Below are positions 57,801-64,000 of a stretch of 64,000 nt of DNA, piece by piece. Position 1 is the first letter of the stretch, and each line of letters starts with the position of its first letter. The notes below the pieces were generated by a model. The model was not told the DNA's origin. It saw only the letters and a list, made by a program, of their open reading frames with translations, and did no database searches. The DNA lies in IMG/VR virus record IMGVR_UViG_3300043827_000628, positions 1 to 64,000 of that record. One strand, written 5' to 3'. The stretch is from a virus. Both the position numbers and the translations under genes were made by a program.

Positions 57801-60318
57801 CATACCAGTAATTTGCTCCATTAGGATATTTTACAACATCTCTACGCACATTATCTGCTACATATCCAATAGATGGGTCCCACTCTCCACGATAAACAAT
57901 TCCAGGTCCAGCTAATGATCTTCCAGAAGATCCAAAATTAGCTTGCAATATCATTCCCTCGTTAGGCTTCTCTCCATCAAGAGCTCTTATTTTAATATAA
58001 TAATTTCCACCGCTAGTTGGTACACCATAAATTTGATTAGATGAATTTAAGCTAGGACTTATTCCTGGAGGAAATATTTCTTCTCCAACGCCAGATAAAG
58101 TTGTTGCAGAAATTTCAAAACTTGTTGCTCTTGAAGTTGTTTGAATTTGATAAAAAAATGCTTGGTCCAATGGATTTGTAACAATACTTGGACTTGTAAA
58201 TATATCTGAATTTGGTGGACGATATCCACTAATATTTGCTATTTTAATTTTACGATCTCTAGTTATAATTAAATTTTCATAACCAATACCTGTATCGTAA
58301 TAAGTATTATATAAAAATAACTCTCCGCTCCCTGTAATATCTCCACCTAATTTTGCCTCGATTACTGTATATCCAGTTGTATTATCTCCACCAGTAATCT
58401 GTATTACGTTTTTGCTTACTATTTCTAATGGGTAATAATTTATGTCTTTAAAGCCAAAAATATTTTTTGTGCCACTATAACCACTAAAATAAATCTGATT
58501 AACACTAGAAGCATTGATTCCAGAAATGGTAATATATCCTAAACTATTGTATAACGTATTAGAAGGGGTAACATCAAAGATTGTAGGAAAAATATCTATT
58601 GATTTTTCTGAAGATAAAAGGTATTCATCATTAAATTTATTTCTTTTGATTTTAATTCTTGCTTGAGGATTTTTTACTTCTTTTGGAATTCTGATTCTTA
58701 TACCAGTTGCAGTATTAGATTCTTTTATTCCACTAACTAAATATGAACCTGTAACTGTTGCTAATCCAGTTATTGAAAGAAAATAAATATCTGAATTTGA
58801 AAGATTACCATAATCGCCAGAGGTTGCAGTTGGAGAATAAATTTCTATTTGATCTAAATATTTTGCTCCTTGTACACCAGATAAATATCTTATATTAACA
58901 TTAGCAGGATTAAGTTTAACCGATGCTATAAGTAAATTATTTGTATTTGATGAAGATATTAATGTACCAGAGTTTGGAAAATCCTGAGAAAAAAGTCTAA
59001 GTTCTGTGGTTTTATAATTATCTGGAAGTGAAAAACTAGCACGAGTACCCGTATTGACTACAGAAATTTTATTTCTTAATAGATTTTGTTGCCCTATATT
59101 AATGTAGTTTGTTCTTTGAAGATATTTTCCAGAAATTGAGATAGAAGCTCCTGTACCTAGCAATATATCATTAGGGCTAAATCCACTAACAATAACAGAT
59201 GGATATAAAACATTTAATACTGAAACGCTTTCTGCAGAGCCATATTTTCCAGAAATAAAAATTTTATTAGTCTCTGCATAATTAGGTAATAAGAAATTTA
59301 TTCCTGTATTACCAACTTTATTAAATTGTATATCAAGATCATCTAAGTAAACTTTATCTATAAAACTTAAATTATCTCCAGAGATAGTAATGCTTGTTGA
59401 ATCTACCGTTCCAGTTCTAGGAAAAAATTCGTCAAGATAAGGAATTCCAATTACTTTAAATCCTGTAAATGTATTCTGAACAATATCTTTATATTTTAAA
59501 TTTTCTACTACACCAGAAATCTCCCCTCTTATATTTAAAGGAACTTGGAACTCTATAAATTCTATTTGTTCAGTTGTTAAATATTTTTCATACTCTAAAC
59601 TAACCTTGGCATCTCTACCATTGGCTCCTACCAACTCAATAGGCATAGATAAATCTGGAATAGTAAATATACCTGAATTTAATATATTAAAACTAGCTAA
59701 AGATCCACTGATTCCTGTTGTAGTTACTTCTAAACTAGCCGCTGTATTGGGTAAATAAGTTTTTAGCCCAGAAAAGTATATTATTTCTCCAACATTATAA
59801 CCAGTCCCAAAATCTGTTAATTCTACAGAGGATAATTTATATAATCCACTATCTTGATAAGTAGGTGATACTTCTACACCTTCATTATCAAATAATTTTA
59901 GATTAGGAGAAGGATAAAAATTTGTTCCGCTAACTCGAATATATTGAAAAGGAAAACCAGAAATAAAGTCAATTCCAGAAACTCTTGGTCTATCAACAAT
60001 ATGTAAATCAACAAAATTAGAAGATTTACCATAACTATTAAATAAATATAAATTATATTTCGATGGACTAACACCAGTAGGGATAGTAAACTCTATAGCA
60101 TCTTCATAAATTGTATTATTAATTCCAGAAATATTTTGTTTGTCTTGACCGTAAACATTAAAAAATAGGTCAGAATTGAAAATACTTTGACCAGAAATTT
60201 GTAGAATGTTCTTCTTAAACGCTTCTCCAGAAATAATAATTTTTTCACCAGTAATACCAAATAAATTATTTGATGATATTATTGGCTCGGCTTGTCTTAA
60301 TTCAAAAAATGTACTCAT
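54892..60318 (-). CDS. large tail/fibre protein (IPT/TIG repeats, Ig-like domain, H-type-lectin-like repeats, Gly-rich head repeats)
   Basis: 1808 aa; ITISGxN IPT motifs, YRGEW motif, GFSIK repeats and GG.xN repeats near the C-terminus. Confidence 0.75.
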   Translation of the reverse strand: MSTFFELRQAEPIISSNNLFGITGEKIIISGEAFKKNILQISGQSIFNSDLFFNVYGQDKQNISGINNTIYEDAIEFTIPTGVSPSKYNLYLFNSYGKSSNFVDLHIVDRPRVSGIDFISGFPFQYIRVSGTNFYPSPNLKLFDNEGVEVSPTYQDSGLYKLSSVELTDFGTGYNVGEIIYFSGLKTYLPNTAASLEVTTTGISGSLASFNILNSGIFTIPDLSMPIELVGANGRDAKVSLEYEKYLTTEQIEFIEFQVPLNIRGEISGVVENLKYKDIVQNTFTGFKVIGIPYLDEFFPRTGTVDSTSITISGDNLSFIDKVYLDDLDIQFNKVGNTGINFLLPNYAETNKIFISGKYGSAESVSVLNVLYPSVIVSGFSPNDILLGTGASISISGKYLQRTNYINIGQQNLLRNKISVVNTGTRASFSLPDNYKTTELRLFSQDFPNSGTLISSSNTNNLLIASVKLNPANVNIRYLSGVQGAKYLDQIEIYSPTATSGDYGNLSNSDIYFLSITGLATVTGSYLVSGIKESNTATGIRIRIPKEVKNPQARIKIKRNKFNDEYLLSSEKSIDIFPTIFDVTPSNTLYNSLGYITISGINASSVNQIYFSGYSGTKNIFGFKDINYYPLEIVSKNVIQITGGDNTTGYTVIEAKLGGDITGSGELFLYNTYYDTGIGYENLIITRDRKIKIANISGYRPPNSDIFTSPSIVTNPLDQAFFYQIQTTSRATSFEISATTLSGVGEEIFPPGISPSLNSSNQIYGVPTSGGNYYIKIRALDGEKPNEGMILQANFGSSGRSLAGPGIVYRGEWDPSIGYVADNVRRDVVKYPNGANYWYAAITNINSIPGPSNINWIAFSNEFSATATQILLAEQSNITSLVNVGRLGIPSGIIKSVNDIDSNLGSGFFLGYDNTDNPYKPKFRVGNSENYIKFNGLGLDIVGPLSGILTTSRDITNANNVVRSNHSVALGLNNVIETGSDNVFIFGTSNFATGTKRSSIVAGQDNLITGLDVFNSEDSNIVGGKNNKIIGSFCNIGGGRANVVDALSTGLAGIGNQIFSVPVTGQQILNIKYPLFLYTNQLAVLHNIEKTGEEDFYDIKYGNITSTSYDVEFANILDTEDLTINLLSWVSILSENLYSGSFQEDDKVCQFKVFKTGINAGNKDVKINFNTPFVDTDDLIVLNTIQSQDFYKNYITGIDRSGFNIVFSKNLDENVIVHFFAGNKGYFTGVNENSGKILEIGSIKPFNNMIFGTGVHFDIPIARASHVFQNVFKPDSNDLYIAKIRETGKNILKIKLNNDIDSSNEYIFLDAVSYTGTIINDNLQVYSTGLSLGNSSYTIDLLSGYSSVEYIPIIDEMITGENFYPYSTSNHGTNTFDINFGANLLENIGFNIGIYRSGRYPFDSGYHYASSTIISGVENTFDIPFNLTLNKKPEVLFNLQNINETNYYIVNIQDITKTGFSIKLSKNLNSGERVRVNYLAVEGTGYQEYSAVSKILGYENYTLSNEIVIGTENSASAEVKVFGRATSNNNLYYNIFTSANRSRFNIKISDNISGQELLDLNYDYIITDLTRDLVLTRNFLGESSYGRLAGFGFDDVGSSTIGGGTGNYIKGLVSVIGGGVKNIIFGDYNVIPGGRSNIISDFVSEIEAPKTAFCGVLAGNLNIITGSVQNAVIVGGERNYIQNTDRSTPNESLSSAILGGKSNVISGSYSAIVGGSDNIINGSYSYGVGRNININQSGCLVLGDSTTSTKRNLGTNTLTMHFASGIYITGVNPGVSPIHFDVNNIPTSSVGLPRGAIYVQSGTLKIVS

Positions 60319-61976
60319 TCAAATAAACTCCCATCTTCAGAGATCATTTGAATTGCATATCTTCCTGATGGAAAATTTTCAAATGGTATAAGACCGCTTA
60401 ATGTATCATGGCTCATGAGAAGGAAATCTGTTGAAAAACTATTGTTATTCTGTTGATATATGTTATCGGCATATCTAAATTTTACAGATACATAGTTGTA
60501 ATCTCCAGTTCCATCATTTAAAATTACTTTTTTGAAACTTTTGCCAGAAATTATTATGTTTGTTCCTCTTGTTCCAAAAGGAGGGAAAACCCCTGTTGGT
60601 AAAGGACTTTCAAAAAATTTATCATTAGTTTCTACATTGATATCTATAGGTCCTAAAAATCCTATTTTTCCATTTATATAAGACTCTGTATATGGAACTT
60701 TTAATCTAGAAGCATTTTTATTTAAAATTTCGTATTCTGCAATAGGAATTCTTTCAACAAATGTTTCAGCATTTCCGCTATAAAGATATATTTTTTTATA
60801 AAATCCAGATTTTCCAACGTAGCTAAATGTATTATAATCAATTTGATTATTGATAATCGTACAATAATTTAATTTTAAATTATAATTTCCTGTAGCAAAT
60901 GGTATGTTTAAATTAAATCTATCTTTACTTAAATTTGATACATTAGTTTTATATGCATTACCTTGTCCAGAATACTCTACGCTTGTTATAAGAAATGGAG
61001 GATAATTTTTATTTGTAGATAAATTGATACCGGTTATATAAATTCCAGTTCCTATGTTAATACCTGTACTATTGTAAATTCCATTATCAAAATTAATTCC
61101 TGTATTTTGTAATACTAAAAAATTTACATATCCAGTTTCATTAATATTTTTATCAAAATTAATATAAAAATTGTTTACGTTTTTGCCAGATATATATGAA
61201 TCATAATTTAGTCCAGTCATTTCTTGAGTATAAAAAACGGAATAATTTGTATCAGGTAAACTTATGGGTAAATTAACTAAATACGATTGAAAACCTGTAG
61301 GTATAGTATAAGAAAAGGTTTGAAATCCAGTTACTCTTAAAGATGGAAAAGTGAATATATGATTTTCATAATATTTAGAATTTATCAGAGAAATTTGCAC
61401 ATTGATATTTTTACCGCTTGCATTATCATAATCAAATATTTTTTTAACACCATAGAAGCCAGTAGAATTATTTAAATTAATATTTTGAGCGTAAATAAAT
61501 GTTGAATTTTTTAATTCACTTGCGTTAGTAATATTAAATTGACCATTAGAACCCGTAAATATATATTCTATATCATCAAAAATAGGCTGTGCATATAAAT
61601 ATGCCCCAGTTGCTGTATTTATAGCTTTGCCTATTATGTTAATCCATTCTCCAGAAGCAGAATTATTTGGAGTAAAATTTTCAATAAAAGGTATTGGATA
61701 AAAAGTTATAGGATTACCAGTTACTGTAAATTCCGTAGAACTAGCTACGATATTTCCAGATTCTGGATCGTTAGGAATAACTATATTTAAGGTATTAATA
61801 TCAATTAAATTAAAATTACAATTCATTCCTGCTAAAGTAATAGAATCAATATAATCTAAATCATTTCCAAAAATTTGTATATTTTCATTTATATTACCAG
61901 TCGGACTTGAAACTCCGTTGATAAAAGGATTAGGAGGTATAAACTGAAATATTCCTGTAGAAGTTACTAGTCCCAT
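60315..61976 (-). CDS. tail protein with IPT/TIG and lectin-like repeats
   Basis: Paralogous motifs to the 1808-aa gene. Confidence 0.7.
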   Translation of the reverse strand: MGLVTSTGIFQFIPPNPFINGVSSPTGNINENIQIFGNDLDYIDSITLAGMNCNFNLIDINTLNIVIPNDPESGNIVASSTEFTVTGNPITFYPIPFIENFTPNNSASGEWINIIGKAINTATGAYLYAQPIFDDIEYIFTGSNGQFNITNASELKNSTFIYAQNINLNNSTGFYGVKKIFDYDNASGKNINVQISLINSKYYENHIFTFPSLRVTGFQTFSYTIPTGFQSYLVNLPISLPDTNYSVFYTQEMTGLNYDSYISGKNVNNFYINFDKNINETGYVNFLVLQNTGINFDNGIYNSTGINIGTGIYITGINLSTNKNYPPFLITSVEYSGQGNAYKTNVSNLSKDRFNLNIPFATGNYNLKLNYCTIINNQIDYNTFSYVGKSGFYKKIYLYSGNAETFVERIPIAEYEILNKNASRLKVPYTESYINGKIGFLGPIDINVETNDKFFESPLPTGVFPPFGTRGTNIIISGKSFKKVILNDGTGDYNYVSVKFRYADNIYQQNNNSFSTDFLLMSHDTLSGLIPFENFPSGRYAIQMISEDGSLFE

Positions 61977-61977
61977 A

Positions 61978-62946
61978 TTATGCTAATGTTAATAGTTTAA
62001 TCTTATTTTCTAGTTTTTTTAATCTAGGTATTTTTACTTTTAATCCAGTCGTACCTATAATTTGAAAATTTGTTGCTTCTGCATCTTCAAAAAAGATTCC
62101 AGCAACACCTTGAAAATTTTCTCCTTTGATAAAAACTTCGTCATTATATCTACCGGATATAGGAAAAAAATCTTCAATTACTGCTTCTTCTAATTGATTA
62201 AATTGACGTATTGTTATTTCAGTAGTTAAATTTTCTTCTACTCTTGCGCCAAAACTTTTCTTTATTAGAAATCCAGTGCAACTATAAGTTTCTGTTATGG
62301 TTGGAGAACTTAATGGTTTTAAACCAAAAGCAATAGCTACTCTTTCTCCAGACACTTTTACAAGTGGATTTAAATTATCGCAATTTATAGTTGCAATTGT
62401 CTCTCTTATACCAAACACTCCACGTTCTTCTTGAATTTTATCTATATGAACTTCTGGACGAATATCTGTGCTATAAATAATATTTGCATTTAAGTAAGAT
62501 CCTGTTATATATTCATTATTAAAGTTGAAAATACTAATATTATTTAAATGAACAAAATTTCTTGCATCATTATTTGTGTCATAAACTGGAACAAAATTTC
62601 CAGTTGGAGATCTAAAAAATATTATATCTGCAGCGCATAAAACAGGATTGTGAGGATTAAATCTTACATTTAAATTTCTTAAATAACCAGTTTGCTTGAT
62701 ACCTCCAAAATCAAACATTAAGCCGTTATCTTCATGAATGTATTTTTTAAGAGGATCTTGCCCACTATAATAGTAACTAAAACTAAGATTTCCTTGAATT
62801 AAGTTATCTGGGCTAATTGTATCTGCGTGTCTTTGATCAACTTCGATATAAGGAGTTACTTGAGCTTCATAAGATAATTGAGCTTCTGTAGCCGTTATAG
62901 GCACATCATTTATTTTGATTAAAAGATTTTTTGCAGAATAGAACAT
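61978..62946 (-). CDS. tail protein (tube-like fold + C-terminal IPT domain)
   Basis: Paralogous to 62948-63736; C-terminal FFPISG...IKGENF IPT motif. Confidence 0.6.
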   Translation of the reverse strand: MFYSAKNLLIKINDVPITATEAQLSYEAQVTPYIEVDQRHADTISPDNLIQGNLSFSYYYSGQDPLKKYIHEDNGLMFDFGGIKQTGYLRNLNVRFNPHNPVLCAADIIFFRSPTGNFVPVYDTNNDARNFVHLNNISIFNFNNEYITGSYLNANIIYSTDIRPEVHIDKIQEERGVFGIRETIATINCDNLNPLVKVSGERVAIAFGLKPLSSPTITETYSCTGFLIKKSFGARVEENLTTEITIRQFNQLEEAVIEDFFPISGRYNDEVFIKGENFQGVAGIFFEDAEATNFQIIGTTGLKVKIPRLKKLENKIKLLTLA

Positions 62947-62947
62947 T

Positions 62948-63736
62948 TTAGTAGTGCTGAGTTATAGTCTTAGTTGTCCTTACGATATCATCAAGATTTG
63001 ATTCAATCGTAGAATTGTTAATATAAGCGTCTGGCATTTCAATGCTAAATGTGTTTGAGTCTAAAATACCAGAGATATTTATACGTAATGGTATGTTTTC
63101 ACCAGTATAAACTAGTTTTGTAAATAAATTTTCTGTCATATTTACTGTTTCTTGTGCTCGTATTGGTTTTACTTCTATTGGATCTTCATTTCCTAAAGTA
63201 TAAATAGGATTTAAATTAACAGCAAATGTGTAAGTTAGATTATATGTATCTCCATTTAAAGCTTTACCTGAGATAACAGCGCTTTTAGAACTATGAGCTA
63301 TACTATCAGCTGAAGCAGTATTAGGGTTTGTTTTTGTATTTAGATTACCACTTATTTTATTATAAGTAACATAAGTCGTTTGAGCAACGATAACATTATT
63401 AGGTTCAACTTTTAAATTATAATTATTTAAATAACAATTATATCCTGTAATCCCAGCTAAAGCTATAGTTACTCCATTATAAGAAGAGGGAGCAGAAATT
63501 AAATTTTTTATTTCTTTGACTATATTAAACCCAGGGTCACCTGTTGGATTTATAAGATAAGAGAATTGAAATGTACCATTTTTTGGTCCAGTTGTGACTT
63601 GTCTTTTAAAAGGTTTTCTTTTCCCTAAAGTGTAAACTGGGCCTAAAGTTATATCAGTATTTAGACTTGCTGTTGTAGCTAAAACTCCAGTATTGTTAAT
63701 GCTAATTTCACATTGATCGTAATATATTCTTGACAT
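62948..63736 (-). CDS. tail protein (internally duplicated tube-like fold)
   Basis: PVYTLG / PIYTLG internal duplication; GTGTAA and SD upstream. Confidence 0.6.
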   Translation of the reverse strand: MSRIYYDQCEISINNTGVLATTASLNTDITLGPVYTLGKRKPFKRQVTTGPKNGTFQFSYLINPTGDPGFNIVKEIKNLISAPSSYNGVTIALAGITGYNCYLNNYNLKVEPNNVIVAQTTYVTYNKISGNLNTKTNPNTASADSIAHSSKSAVISGKALNGDTYNLTYTFAVNLNPIYTLGNEDPIEVKPIRAQETVNMTENLFTKLVYTGENIPLRINISGILDSNTFSIEMPDAYINNSTIESNLDDIVRTTKTITQHY

Positions 63737-63771
63737 AACCTTTTACCTTATTCCTTTCATAAATTACACTA

Positions 63772-64000
63772 TCATCTTGATATAACACTTTCGTAAGTTA
63801 ATTGAACCAAAGCGCTTCCATCGGTGTCAGCATTATAATCTTCTTTTATAAGATTAGCGTCTTTGATATTAAAGCTATTAACTACAGTTGAAGTGTTGTG
63901 CTTGTTTAAATTGATATTAAAATCAAAAATATGCTCATTTTTTGGGTAATCAAATAAATTCTTCATTTTATAATCATGTAAAGATATACCAAAGGTTGTG
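63772..64000 (-). CDS. 3' end of a tail-region gene truncated by the window edge
   Basis: The frame stays open from 63966 to the window end (TTFGISLHDYKM...). Confidence 0.7.
   Translation of the reverse strand, partial: TTFGISLHDYKMKNLFDYPKNEHIFDFNINLNKHNTSTVVNSFNIKDANLIKEDYNADTDGSALVQLTYESVISR

Noticed and set aside
1-64000. Stop-codon reassignment
   Set aside because: Known enzymes are full length in the standard code, and TAA, TAG and TGA all terminate genes at tight junctions.

Overview
A 64-kb segment of a large, AT-rich tailed bacteriophage genome (standard genetic code, dense gene packing, no host housekeeping genes). In order it carries: nucleotide-metabolism genes (IMPDH/GMPR family, degenerate dUTPase, dCMP deaminase, dNMP kinase); two sigma-like factors and PhoH; an ERCC4 nuclease-terminase-portal block; three paralogous LamG+SPRY virion genes that share near-identical GC-rich DNA blocks; class Ia RNR; a ~300-nt structured non-coding element; a complete tmRNA; modular head-internal-like proteins; a sigma54-driven hsp20; a partly decayed glycan-biosynthesis island; a bacterial-type replisome (RecA, DnaB, ThyX, DnaG, a split Pol III alpha, a Whirly-like SSB candidate, a Rad52-like annealase); more glycosyltransferases; and tail genes. 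The most notable observations are: (1) the unassigned pseudoknotted ncRNA beside the tmRNA; (2) a phage-specific GTGTAA promoter motif that appears to drive leaderless mRNAs and predicts a missed small gene; (3) strong [S/T]-G dipeptide enrichment in virion proteins alongside many glycosyltransferases, a candidate virion glycosylation system; (4) block-wise homogenisation of three receptor-binding-like paralogs; (5) a Whirly-fold SSB candidate. All family calls come from motif recognition by eye; no database searches were run.
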